Below are positions 51,194 to 64,000 of a stretch of DNA of 64,000 bases, piece by piece (within the stretch, counting starts at the first letter, position 1; every line of letters starts with the position of its first letter). Location of the stretch: assembly GCA_043228905.1 (NCBI GenBank), contig JBHGNT010000001.1:27032001-27096000 (forward strand), written 5' to 3'. This DNA is from Azolla caroliniana. Lineage: Eukaryota > Plantae > Polypodiophyta. Both the position numbers and the translations under genes were made by a program. The notes below the pieces were generated by a model. The model ran no database searches, was not told the origin of the DNA, and saw nothing but the letters and a program-made list of their open reading frames with translations.

Positions 51194-53719
51194 ATGGCAA
51201 GTGAAGTTCATGATGAAATCAGTAATGGCAACTTGAAGGAGAATATAGAGGTAAAAATGACATGTGTATTCTCTTCTTCTCAGAACGCCATTAAAATGGA
51301 AAAAGGAGAAAGAAGAACACATCTCTGTATGTATTTTGGTCAGAATTTCTTGTAAAACACTACTACATTAATATTAAACAGGTCCAGAAAACATAGAGAA
51401 AATTCTCTATATTTGTGGCCAAACTGTAATAGATTTTTTTTTTACTTTCTGGTTCATTTGATCAGAATTTTTCTTCTCTAGATTACACCCCCTCCTACCC
51501 CAAAAAACAAAATAATTATTATATTTCAAGATTTTTCTCTACATTAGAGACTTTCTTCTCAATTCACAAGTAAAATCTGGATGGTACAAAAACCCTCAGA
51601 AATAAGCCCGAGATTTTCTTTAAAGTTCATGATTTTCTCCACAATTTGTACATAGAGCCTCTGGGTACTAAATCTTCCAAAGATTTGTTTGCAGATTGAG
51701 CCCCTTGGAGAGACTAACGTGAAGGCCAAATCAGCAGAAGCTATTATCGTGGATCTCGTCCAGTCGGAGTGAGATTCCTGACACTGTCCAAAATTTTTAG
51801 GTCGAAATTAGCCACAAATTTCACACATTTTAAACAGTTAGACGGCAGACACATAATGAATGAAGGCGATCGATCTATGACATAATTAGTAGGCACAACA
51901 GGAATACTTGAGGCCTGCTACATTTTCCAGGTCGAATTCGCCATGAAATTATGCCTCGAAACCGTGAATTAAGTAATTATTAATGGAACGTTGAGAGAGG
52001 CATCTCAGCGTCTAAATAGAGGCAAGCCCCAAGTGGGGGCAAGAATTGATTATAGACTCTGAATACACACAATCAAAACATGTAAAAGTAGTTAACCAAC
52101 GGCTTTCTTAATTGTGCTCATTACGTTCTTTGCGCAGATTGCCTAATCTTCTGGTGAAAGTCCTTCTTAAATCATAATCATTCATACATATTATGCTAGA
52201 ATTAAACCCTAATTGTGTGACAGATGCAGCGCCGATGGGCGGAAGGCCGAAGAAGTGGAGGAGACGACCAGAGACGAGAAGGTAAGGCGTGCCGACGTGT
52301 CATCTCTGCCGGGCTGACGTGTCCTACCTGCAAGCAGACGTGTCAATCTCTGCCCGGCTGACGTGTCTTCTCTGCCCCCCTTTTTTTGCCCACGTGTGGA
52401 AATGGATGTCCTCTTCTGCTTTTTCCTTCTTCTTCTTCTTCTTCTTCTTTTGCTTTCGTGTTGTTTGCCTGCTTTTCTGGCTTTCTGCGTTTTCACACTA
52501 TGAATATGCATAAAATAGAACACTTTTTTTTTGGTGGGCTTTTCTCGTGAGGAAAAGAAAGTTGCTTGCTTTTCTGGCTTCTCAAGGGCTACAAGCCGTC
52601 CGTCTGTCCATCCGTCCGTCCGTCGGCTCATAACAAACAAGCCGGGGTGGGTTTTGTGGTGGTGGTGTTAAAACTTCCTCGGGTACTTTTAACTTACTCC
52701 AAACAATAAGTCGTGTATAGTTTTCCAAGGTTATATATATATATATATATAGGTGGCTCGAGAAGAGGCAAGGGGCGTGGATAGCATTTGGTTTTTGAGA
52801 GGGCTTTCGTGCTCACAAAATAAGGTAGCATTGACATCAATTTTTCGAGTGTGGTTATATATATAGGTGGCTTGAGAAGAGGCAGAGGGGGCGGTGGGGG
52901 GGGGGAGCATTTGGTTTTTGAGAGGGCTTTCGTGCTCACAAAATAAGGTAGCATTGACATCAATTTTCCGAGTGCAACTAGCGTTGCAAACTTCAAGAGG
53001 ATCCAAATACTGCCTTAGCGCTCTCCTTACGCTCTATCCCTAGACATTAACCTCTTTTTGTTGTATGTGTCACTTGTTTGTGTTTTGTCTTTACCCTTGT
53101 GGACCCAACACTAAGTCTATATTATTCACAACATCTTATCTACATTGGTTGGGAAGTCATCAAGTTTTTCATGTTTTTTTTTTTTGAGTTTTCTTGTGAG
53201 TGGTGTTTTCATTTACTAAACTAATGTTTTGCACTAAGTAATATTGAGCAAGTGAGAATTGTCTTTTTTTTTACCCAATTTGATTTGGAAATTTGTCTTT
53301 GTGCATCCCGAATTTATTTTATTTGTTTCATCATCACTTTTTATCTTCTCTTGAATGCGGCCTAATTATCCTTTGCTTGCTTTTGTGACTATTAAACTTT
53401 ATGCATGTTTATGTTTGTGGCCCTCATTCATACTTATGTGATTATCTAACTTTTTGATTTGCCTCCTTTACTTTGTCAGCAAGAACCCTTGCCAACGACA
53501 CTTGAAAAAGAGAAGGACGTTCATGAAGTAGGCAAAGATGAAGAGGAGCCCCAAGAAGGCAATGGTTATAGTGTTGATGAGGAAGTAGAAGACGAAGTCA
53601 ATGAACGAGAAGCAGAAGGACAATATGAAGAAGAAGAAGACGATGATGAAGAATATGAGGAAGCCAAGGATGATGACGAAGATGAGGAAGCCGAGCCTCC
53701 TTCGAAAAGAAGGAAATGA
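51194..53719 (+). CDS. Predicted small acidic, likely disordered nuclear protein, 142 aa. Exons 51194-51250, 51695-51768, 52224-52281, 53480-53719
   Basis: GT-AG introns with phases 0, 2, 0 join in frame: MASEVHDEISNGNLKENIE-IEPLGETNVKAKSAEAIIVDLVQSE-CSADGRKAEEVEETTRDEK-QEPLPTT...EDEEAEPPSKRRK*. The start context is aacATGG, with a probable 5' UTR intron from ~50516 to 51180. Confidence 0.7.
52291..52396 (+). promoter_or_regulatory. Cluster of four ABRE motifs (ACGTGTC), a G-box and a DRE core
   Basis: ACGTGTC at 52295, 52317, 52338 and 52361; CACGTG at 52391; GCCGAC at 52291. Confidence 0.55.
52731..52972. repeat. Intronic tandem duplication, two ~115-120 bp units each headed by (TA)n
   Basis: tataggtggct.gagaagaggca...agcatttggtttttgagagggctttcgtgctcacaaaataaggtagcattgacatcaatttt occurs twice. 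Confidence 0.9.
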
Positions 53720-55473
53720 ATATGAGTGCATCACTAAAAAGGAACATTTGCTATTTCTTCCTAAAGGACATGGGCATTTCTTCTTAAGTAACAAACGCCT
53801 TGCAACTTAAAAGGCATAGGGCCTTTTTTCTAGCTTTGCATGTTTGTACTTTTAAGTGTTATGAAACACCTCACTCTTTCCTTCATGATATTGATCTCTT
53901 TAATTATGTCATTTATTGTTTCTATATTTGCACTTTAGGACTTAGAATGCTTGACAATTGTTTGTCTGGTGGGAAATCTTTACACACCACGGACAAATTG
54001 ATTGGCATATGTTTTCTATGTGTGATCGGGGGCCACACTATTAGAATCATTGGGATATTTTTTGAGTATATGTCATGTGATGTATTTCAGCACTTTGTTT
54101 TGTAGTAGCGTATTTCTACTTTTAAAGTTTTTCTAGTTATTTACTGTTCAAATCTCTTTTCTCTCTCGTTGAACCCATCATTGTACACGTGATTAATTTG
54201 ATAGCCTATGCAAACCTACTTTCATAAAGGTATATGAACAAGTACACATGCACATGCATCATTTTTCAATTTCTTAACATGGAGTTTCGCTAGTGATAAC
54301 ATACAATATATGGCACATGTATAGAGGTGATCATTTCTACAACGTTAAGAGTTATATGAGCAAACACATATTTTGTCTTTGTGATCAATTTGATTATCAA
54401 TAACAAGTAGTACATTTGGATGTCAAATGCGCCTTCTATTTAATTGCCTTCTATTAAAAGTTCGTTTGCAACTTGTGTGCTATAAACTTTTGCCTTGCCC
54501 ATGTTGTATCCCAATGTAATTATTAGGCTAGGATAAGTAAGCAACGTTTTTTGTGAATTAATTTAAAATTATACCAAACAAAGTTAAAAACATCTACTTT
54601 TAGCTAGTTATATACATACACATGGCCTTTTATGGGCACTTGAACCAAATCTTCGAATTATAGCTCCACACGAAATGCTTGTCTTAAAGTTTTCTTCTTG
54701 CTCTAAAATATTATTTGACATATATCACTTCTTGTATGTATGTAGAGCAACTTTGTTGATTTGACTATGTTAACGCATGCCACCTATATGATGGTTCTTT
54801 TTAAACTTTTATTTGATCATACTTGGTTTGGTGTAAGGCTTTATTTAACATCTTCGTCATTCATCAAAAGAATGCTCAATAGCAATTTTATGTGTCTAGT
54901 CACCATGTCTTGTGATTGTCTTAATTATATGCCCAAAAAAACAATGAATATTAAACTTACAAAAAAGATTGATGTGTGGTATCATATATTTCTATACCCC
55001 TTTAGGCATGGAGAATTGTAAGGGTATTATGTCCTAGTTCCAAATGAGTTGGGTGTGATTTATAGACTTGAGGTTGAATCAAGAACGAAGAATGATGACT
55101 ACGTAAAGCTAAATAACTAGTGAATGCTAGTGGCTAGGTTATATCGAAATGCATTCATTGTTGATTAGAGTTCATGTTCATCAAAGTATATACATTAGAG
55201 TGGCAATTTCTACTATGATAAGCTTGACGTTGGATAAGGAATCATGAATTGTGTCTAAGTATGTAAATAACTTGTCCAATAGTGTTTTTAATGTTTAAGT
55301 TGTGGAAAAGCTTGTAAGTAATTTTGGCTAATTCCGTACCATCAACATGTACACCCCAGTATATGATATTTTACATCATCTGATGAGCATGCTAATTTGT
55401 GTTATAGTATTAATGGGATCCAACACATGTGAAGTATTATCGTAATAAGTGGCACCTACCACCTGACTCAACT

Positions 55474-58400
55474 CTTCTTCTTCTTCTTCTTCTTCTTCTT
55501 CTTCTTGGGAGGAGAAGTTTTAACTTTTAAAAAAAAATAAAAAAAAATGAAGATTCACCTTGGTATTAATGGAAAGATGACCAAAGGCTACAACGACTTC
55601 ATACAATAGATTATAACCCTCATACCCACATCAACCAACATGTCAAGTATCAAAAGCCCTCATGTAGGGTCATTCCAAGATGGAGGGCGGAAAAAGCCAT
55701 CTTGGTGGAGCATATCTCCACTTTATTCTCTCACTAAAAGAGGTGAAGACCTCTGACTTTTTCCAAATTTCTCGAATTTGTTGTTGTTTACGAATCACAA
55801 CCATAGGCTCACCGGTTATTGCCTCATATTGACCTCTTAGAGTATGTAAGGGCATTAACCATATCTTCTTGACTAACTCAACCGCATTTTGTTTACCTTT
55901 TTGAAATACACATTTACTTCTAGCCTTCCACAATACCCAAACTACCAAAGAAGATATCGTAAACCGGACCTTGTCCTCTTCCAAACAACGAATTGTGGTA
56001 GTATAAGAGACCTCCAATACATGTCTTCCATCGGAGAGAAGAAGAAAATCAACATACTCCTTTTCATACTTATGTATTTCTTTAGTCAATCTTCCCCATC
56101 TCACAAAACCCCATGTGTACACATGTTTGCTATATATAGGATACAACATTCTCAACATTCTTTTCCAAATAGCTCTAACAATAGGACATATCCATAAAAT
56201 ATGGTAAACCGATTCAATGGGAGAACCACAAATATCACATTTTAAATCATGGCAATGCCCCCGCATCCATGACTTCACAGGAATGCCATAATGTATCAAC
56301 AACCATCCAAATAACACAACTTTTTTAGGAATTTGCATAGCCCACAACCATTTCCAATAAGCATTCAACCAAGAGTATGTTACATTACCAGATCTCCAAA
56401 GTTTACAAGTTCCTGGCGTAACAACCACACCCCTCCTTGACAATTCTCTACCCATTTTTACCGAATACTAAAAAAATGGGATTTGCTTACCTAACATTCC
56501 TTGCGTTGATATGGTTTGCGATTTCCACTCACCGGGATCCCACAAAAGGCGATCAATGGGCTTATTCTCACAGACCCACAATTCAGAGAGATTGTTTATA
56601 GGGAAAAGTACCATGATACCCTTGGAAGTTCATCTATTTACCAGAATGCCCCTAGAAGTTCCAAATTTACCAAACTACCCCTATGCCCAAAAAATTACAC
56701 TTTATAAAGTAATTATACACTCAAATCTACAAGCCCTATTTACCAAAGATGGAAGAAATGGACCCAAACTAGCCTTATTTACCAAAGATTTGAGTGTATA
56801 ATTACTTTATAAAGTGTAATTTTTTGGACATAGGGGTAGTTTGGTAAATTTGGAACTTCTAGGGGCATTCTGGTAAATAGACGAACTTCCAGGGGTATCT
56901 TGGTACTTTTCCCTTGTTTATATCATTTGGATGTGGATTCAACATCCATTTTTTAACTGTCTTCCACAATATATGAATAGGCAACATATTCCCTTGAGTT
57001 ACAATTTCGTCTTCAACAAAGAGATAATGAAATCGTCTAGAAGGCAAAACATCAAAGTAAAGTCATTCATGAGAGTTTTATAACCCTTGACCCCCAACAA
57101 GACATGTAAGGATGAAAACATACCATACCAAAACAAACTAGTTTGAGAAGGCTAAAAGGAAGACATCGTAAAGACTCTATCCATTTCTGCATACATAATG
57201 TTCGCTCCCCAAATTGTTCTACAAACATGGGCTTTTTTTTCCATCGCTGAAGAAGAAAAAGTCAGCCAATTCCCCCATTGACTCAGTTTCACCTTTATCA
57301 AAGTCAACCCAATTCAACCTAGTTCTCTTCCCTAACATTACCCCCTCCTTTGATGTAAATAGTGGGTTTGATATGAGGGGTTGGCACAACCATTCCTCCG
57401 TATATGATGGTAGATATTGGACTAAATTATGTTTAAAATCCCTCCATGCCTTCATGATACCCCTAAAAAACTTATCATGGCGAAAAATATCAATGGAATG
57501 ATTAAAACCTCTTAAACCACTGTCTAATACTATCTTTCCAATTGCCACATGTAGAAGGCATAACTTTAACCATTCTCTACCTTAAGATTTTTTTCCAAGG
57601 CTCCTCACCAGGCAACAAACCTCTTATAATAAAATTTCCCCAAAAAGCCTTACATTATAAAAGAGGATCAATCAATCCAAGACCACCCTGGTCCTTTGGA
57701 CCTGTAATAACTTTCCAAGATACCTTGGCTCTCACATATGAACAACCTTTAGATCCCTAAAGGAAATTCCTAATAAGCCTTTGTACTTGTGATAAAGTAG
57801 AACGTGAGCACAACCAAGATGATAAAATGTACCATGTGGAAGCCAACAATACTTGATTGGCAACAACCCTACCTGCCAATGACAATTTAGAAGTATTCCA
57901 ATATAACAATTTCTTCCTTATAGCAAGCAACAGGGGAGCTACATGATCTTCTGACGAAAGATTAATACCTACCTGACATCCCAAGTATCTTATAGGTTTA
58001 CCATGCAGAATCCATTGAAACTCTTCCTGTGGACACCACAAAGGGTTTACTGTGTTACCTACCCAGAACCTCACCGACTTATTCTAATTAATAACAGTTC
58101 TAGAGCATAGCAAAATGTATCAATAGCCCATTGTACTCTTGAAAGTTTATCGTGAGAACCTTGCGAATACAAGGTTGTATCATCAACAAATTGACAATCC
58201 ATAATTTGTTCCTCTAACCATGGTCATTGCAGCCTTTTTATATTCACAACATTACTTGTAAGAAAACTACTAAAAGCTTCTCCAATCATCAAATTTAAAA
58301 TAGGAGCCAACGGACATCCCTGTCTCACTAACCTCGAAATTGAAAATGATTGGTCTAGCTCTCTAGCTACTAATACCCTACTTTGAGACAACCGTTAACC

Positions 58401-59370
58401 ATTGATTAGGAAAACCCAACTTTTCTATGGTGCCCCTCAAAAAAGACCAATATGCTCTGTCATAAGCCTTTTCGAAATCCAACAACTAGATTGCTAAATC
58501 CTCTTTCCTTTCTTGTGAAATTGCAACCGCTTCCCAAAATAAAAAAAAAGTTATCCAATATACTCCTATCTTGTAAGAACCCTATTTGGGTGTTATGAAT
58601 GATGTATGATAAAAAAAGGCTGCAATCTCATAGCCAACAACTTGAAATATATATTGTAAATAGTATTCAATATAGTAATGGGTTGTCATTTCCTAATATC
58701 AACCACTACCCCTTCCAACTTAGGAATAAGATATATCATACCTTCTGTCTATTTACTTGGCATAAATCCAATGTCAAACACCTCATGGAATGCAACTGTA
58801 ATGTCAGTCCCAATAAACTCCCAATAATTCCAGAAAAAATCTGTTGAAAGCCCATTAGTACCTGGGCATACACGGGAGCCAATTGCATCCAAATCAACCC
58901 TTACTTCAAAAATTGAAATCGTCTTAACCAAAACATTTGACATATGGAGTGAAACACGTGCGTGCATGGATTGCCACACAACTCTACGACTCTCCAATTG
59001 ATCAAGTGTAAAACATTTAGCAGACAATAAATTGCAATAAAATTACGTAGATATCCCTCATTTCTCTAGCATCCTCCGTAATGGATCCCTCATCCCTATG
59101 CAGTTGTTTCATCCCATTACAAGTTCTTTTTGTAGTTACAATTTTGAAAAAATCAGCTGAAACTTTATCCCCCACTTGTGCCCACTTTGTAGCAAACACA
59201 TTATAAGTGCATTGAGCCCAAGTATCTTGTAATTTACAGAGCTTAGCATTATTTAATTCAAACATCACCCAAGTAGCCCATGGCATACGTTGCGGAAAAT
59301 GTTGCAAAGAAGAAACCGATCGCTTAATACTCAATATCTTAGTTTTGAGTTGACACCGTTCCTCCTGGAA
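55474..59370 (-). mobile_element. 5'-truncated degenerate L1-type LINE whose 3' end runs into (GAA)11
   Basis: CPGTNGLSTDFF, LDFEKAYDR, VRQGCPLAP, KLSLAGRV, CDICGSPIESVYHILWIC, PPRWLFPP. (CTT)n at 55474-55506. Confidence 0.87.
56601..56913. mobile_element. Mutator-type foldback MITE inside the LINE
   Basis: 128-bp TIRs at 56601-56728 and 56786-56913 (GGGAAAAGTACC...GGTACTTTTCCC); 9-bp TSD TTGTTTATA. Confidence 0.93.
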
Positions 59371-59549
59371 CTTCCCTTAGATAGGTTTCACATTAGCTCA
59401 TGGACACTCCAAGCTAGTTTTGTAAATAGTAGAAAGGGCCCTTGTCCTAGCTTAGTTGGTATATAAACCAACTCATTGTAACTTAGTCACCGTTGGATGT
59501 ATTTTGTTTCGTTAATATAATATACGTTTTTGGCTATCTTTGTCTCTTG

Positions 59550-59589
<40 letters not shown>

Positions 59590-61862
59590 TGTTACACATA
59601 CACACACCTACGTTCACCTTCCGCTGCATTGCAATCACCACAGACTCCATTTCCTAACATGGTGTCAGAGCGTGTGGTTGCTTGATCAAGCATTTTCGAC
59701 TGTGTTGTGCTACACGCCGACGATCAATAGAACCGGCCCATCGACAGAGAAAAAATCACCATGAATACTCAAATGGGAAGCGCTCTTCCTACCGAGAAGC
59801 TCGACAGAACGAACTTCGCATCTTGGGAATACAAGATGCGTCAATATCTTGTCGGACAAGGTTATTGGAGCTACATCGAAGGATCTCACGAATCACACCC
59901 CAACCCAACACACGCCGACTATCCCGCTTGGGAGCAGGCCGCAAGCCGTGTGTTGTATTGTCTAGCATCATGCGTTCATGATCATATGCTTGGCTACATT
60001 CGAGAGGCAAAAACGCCGAAGTAGGCGTGGAAAAATCTCAAAAAGATTTTCGCAGCCAACACAGCCGCACGCAAGCTCCAGCTTCGTCAGGAGCTGAATA
60101 GCATCCAACAGAGGGACATGTCAATCTCAAGCTATACCTTGAAGATCAAGGAGCTGTGTGACACCCTTGGATCGATCAATGTCATCATTGATGATGATGA
60201 ACTGGTGCAGATATGCCTCAGAGGCTTCGCACCGCGTTTTGGCACGATTAGATCAACCATTCTTGCAAGGGAGAACCCTCCCTCCTTCTTCGACCTTCAA
60301 TCGATATTGCTAGTCGAAGAGAATCACGCTCGATAAAGGAGCAACACATCAGATGGTCATCTGCTCTACTCCCAATCTGATAATAGAAGAGATTTCGGTC
60401 ATGGAAACACATGTCATTTCGGACAAGGCCATAATGATCAGCGGAATCAAGGGCATAACTCCCACCAGTGGCAAGCGGACAGGAACGGGCCCAAAGAGCT
60501 TGGCGGAAGGGGGAGTCATAACGCCGGACCAAGGAATCGTTGTAACCCAGTCGAGTGCGGGTACTGGGGAAAACCCGGCCACTACGAAGAAGAGTGCCAG
60601 AAGAAGAAACGTGAGGCAGGCCAACAACTCACGAACTATGCCCTGAACTCTGACTACGACGACCGTGGCAGAATGTTCATAATGAAGCACGAAGCACACT
60701 CGATGTCTGCATTTGTGACAACTAGTGCCTTCACTCCTAATAGTGTATGGTTTGTCGATTCGGGAGCTTCCAATCACATGACTTCCCATGAAGATTGGTT
60801 CCGGGAATTACGAAAGCCCGAACGTCTCGGATATGTCGAAACAGGTGATGATACGACTCATCCAATACAGCATATCGAGAATGTCCCATTCAGAAACGAC
60901 GGCGAATAGACCTACCTCAAGAACGTACTGCATGTTCCCACCATCACGAAAAATCTGGTCTCGGTCGGCCAGATTGTAGAACAAGGAATGCAAGTATGCT
61001 TCAACAATGATGGGTGCTTCATTGAAAAAGGCGATCAAATCGTAGTTCACGACAGATGAGAAGGCCGTATGTTCATCCTCGAGTCAAGTGAAGTAAAGTT
61101 AGCTATGTACGCAAAAGGCCAGAAAGTCGAAACGACACAAGAGAATCGGCCACATCAATCTCCAGAAGCTTCAGAACATGCAGACAAAAGGAGTCGTAAT
61201 CAGACTCCCGAACTTTACGGCAAAGGAGATCACAGGCGTGTGCGAAGCATGCCAATTCGGAAAACAACACCGTCACCCATTCCCTAAAGAGCGGAATGTG
61301 AGCAAAGGAATCTTGGATGTCGTACATTCAGATGTGTGGGGACCAGCTCAAGCAGCAACATTCGGCAAATGCCGATACTATGTCACCTTCATCGACGACT
61401 TCTCCAGGAACACCTGGATCTATTCGATGAAGTAGAACAGTGAAGTATTCAAGCACTTCCAGACATTCAAAGCCGAAGTTGAAAAAACTATGGAACGACA
61501 TGTACGTTGTCTTCGATTAGATGGAGGCAAAGAATATTTCTCGGATGAGTTCCCGGCGTATCTCCGCAAGGAAGGAATCTGACGAGAGTTCTCGTGTCGA
61601 CATACACCTCAACAAAACGGCGTAGTTGAGCGTAAAAACCGCCACATACTAGAAGTCGCATGAACCATGATGAATGAGAAGAACCTGTCGAAATCGTACT
61701 GGGCAGAAGCGGCGAATATGGCCATATATCTCATGAATAAGTGCACAACCTCAGGAATACACGACATAACTCCTCATGAGAAGTTCTTTGGAAAGAAGCC
61801 AGACTTATCGCATGTCCACATTTTCGGTTCTATCGCCTACGTACATATTCCCGACGATACGC
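59371..61862 (+). mobile_element. Ty1/Copia element C3 related to C1/C2; partial 5' LTR to 59659, PBS 59660-59671, disrupted gag-PR-INT from 59761
   Basis: TAACA followed by TGGTGTCAGAGC; MNTQMGSALPTEKLDRTNFASWEYKM; WFVDSGASNHMT; HSDVWGP; FIDDFSR. Interrupted at 61863. Confidence 0.88.
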
Positions 61863-64000
61863 TGTCGCGTTATTACGCGCGTGCGTGGAGAAAGGCGGGA
61901 CCACGGGGGTCTTGGACTAGGGAGTAGAGGAGAAGGAATCGGACATGGAATGGAAGCTTTGCTCAAGAAGGAGAAGAATGAACAAGAGATTAACTCAAAC
62001 AAGAGGAAGATGGAGACAAGAAGATCAACAAGATATATTAAAATGAAATGAACGATTACAAAACGGTGGCCGCGTAGGCCGCACCAAACGACTACTCGAA
62101 ACCCTAACCCTAACCCTGATGCTTGACCTACGTGGTATACCTCGCACACTCAAAATAGGCAACCCCCACAATGGTGCCTTCTCTCTCCTTTTATAGCACA
62201 AGGAGGGAAGACCATTTACAAAAGTGAGACTAAAATATCCTCTTTCATTCAAAGGGGATATTTGCCTTGATTTGGGGGAGGGTGAGATTGATGGCCCCTT
62301 AACTCCCACCTCCTCACAAACAACTAGGTACCTATGTACCGCATAGTACCTCTCTCTCTCTCTCTCTCGCGTGGATGTGCGTACAACCATATCACCTTCA
62401 TACCTTTATTACTATCAAATACATTATGTACGTGTACAATGTTGCACATCGCTCTTTGGCTCTCGTTGCTCGGGTTTTCGCTTGTGGACGAAAATCTTCA
62501 CGACATCCACCCCCACCTAACCGCACATCCTCCGGTATGTGCCAAAACATAAGGGAGAGAACACGAGATTTTCGGCCACGACGACCGACTGAGTCCTTAG
62601 CGTCCTCGTGGGCCCGCCCGGCTTTGTCTTCCACTTCGAGCAAGACCACCCCGTCCACACGAACCACCGCCGCCTTCCGGCCCACCATCCTCGCCGAATG
62701 GTCTCGAACCGTCGATGCCATCCGATCCGCCACACTCGATGATGTTCGCCGAGTCGTTGCCTCCACCTGATCCGCCACGTCCACTGTGGGTCCTCGAACC
62801 ACCGACTACATCCGGCCCGCCGTATCCGATGCCCGTGCTTTCCTCCCCGTTCGGTCCTCCCGAACGTCGTCGCCGACCCGGTTGCTCTTCCTTTGTCCGC
62901 CTCGTATATCCTCCGGATGCGCTCCCGGTCGCATGCCGGATTCCGCCCTTTGCGTGCCGCACACCTTGGCGGGCCGACTCTCTTTGCTCCGCGCTTGCCT
63001 TCCGTAGGCTTTCCCCGTATGTCGATGTTGCCCTCCGAATGCGTGCTCGTGCTTCGGTCCTTCGATGACCCCATCACGCGTTTTTCGCTTTCCTCTTTTT
63101 CGCCGTGCTCTCTCGTAGTAGAGCGTATCGTAATCCCGACCTCCGTGTCGGTGTCCCTCGAGGCTCTCGTTATCGCCTCACCTCGACTTGCGCCCTCTTG
63201 GCCCGCTTGGCCTTGTATGCCCTCCGGGAAGCCACCGCGCTTTCTCTTCCCGGTGTGTACCCCGTTGTTCTCCACGCATCTCCTCCGTTTTCCTAGATAC
63301 GACTCTCCGCTCATGCCGATCGCGCTCGGCCCATGTCGTCGATCTTGGCGTTTCGCCGCGCCGTCCTTCGTCCCGTGCTTGCCTCTCGAAGGCTTGACCC
63401 GACCGTCATCATCGGTCAATCGTTGTCGCCCATCCGCCGTATGCATGCTTGTGTCTTGGCCCTCCACCGGCCGTATTGCATGCGTCTCGTGTCGTGCTTT
63501 CGCCGTAGACCCGACCTCCGCGTCGGTCTCCAACTCCTCGCCGCCACCCACCGCTTCTTCGTTCTCCTTTCGATCCGTGACCGCCGATGCCTCACGGGTA
63601 GGTGTGGAGGGTTCCTCCCACTCTCGGTTCACCACCGAGTCCTCGCCTCTCAAAGGCTCAATCGGTCCACCATTTCCGGTCACTCGTTAACGCTCTCTCG
63701 GATGCATGCTCGTTCTTGGGCCCTTCATCGACCGTAGTGCATGCTTCGTGTTACGCCCTTCATCCGCCGTAGACCCGACCTCCACGTCGGCCACTTCTTC
63801 CTTTGTCACCGTAGCCCGTTCCGACCCGAGCTCGCCATCTTGGACCCGCTCGTCCATCATCTCATACCGGATACCCGCACCGATAACTTTGTCCGCTTCG
63901 GCCTCCGACTCCTCGCCGCCACCCGCCGTCTCTCCGGTCTCACGTTGATCCGCAACCGCCGAAGTCTCTAGAATGGGTGTGGAAGGTCCCTCTCGCTCTT
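61863..64000 (-). mobile_element. Ty3/Gypsy element G2 related to G1: 3' LTR 61863-62505, PPT 62506-62517 and GC-rich internal region (runs off the window)
   Basis: LTR termini and PPT context match G1 in reverse: ggatgtgcggtt...gggg.gga|TGTCGTGAAGA and ...cacgcacgcgcgta..aacgcgACA. Confidence 0.87.

Noticed and set aside
52291-52370. Regularly spaced short repeats as a CRISPR-like array
   Set aside because: The repeats are 8 bp with related spacers, in a eukaryotic intron with no cas genes.

Overview
This is eukaryotic plant nuclear DNA, probably from a non-seed land plant (inferred from the TE families; not provable here), and most of the window is transposon-derived. It holds two host genes. 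One is a 6-exon minus-strand hnRNP A/B-type two-RRM RNA-binding protein (8236-5344, 560 aa, ending RYHPYGR). The other is a 4-coding-exon plus-strand gene (51194-53719, 142 aa) that the ORF track does not assemble; it encodes a very acidic protein with a C-terminal NLS and has a phased ABRE array in intron 3. The centre is a nest resolved by target-site duplications (TSDs). Copia C1 (12606-35345, TSD AAAGT) carries Copia C2 in its 3' LTR (16349-35201, TSD GTTCA). C2 carries Gypsy G1 in gag (22522-29301), a full-length RTEX-like LINE in the (CT)n tract of its 5' LTR, and two L1-type fragments in the (CT)n tract of its 3' LTR. Also present are a full-length L1-type LINE with a 17-bp TSD (36684-43815) inside an ancient Copia, three hAT-type MITEs with 8-bp TSDs, a Mutator-type foldback MITE with a 9-bp TSD, and a third Copia interrupted by a LINE and a second Gypsy. 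The most striking pattern is that several LINE families repeatedly sit in (CT)n/(GA)n microsatellites without poly(A) tails and with clade-specific orientation, and they have hit both LTRs of the same Copia independently. All alignments and counts were done by eye.
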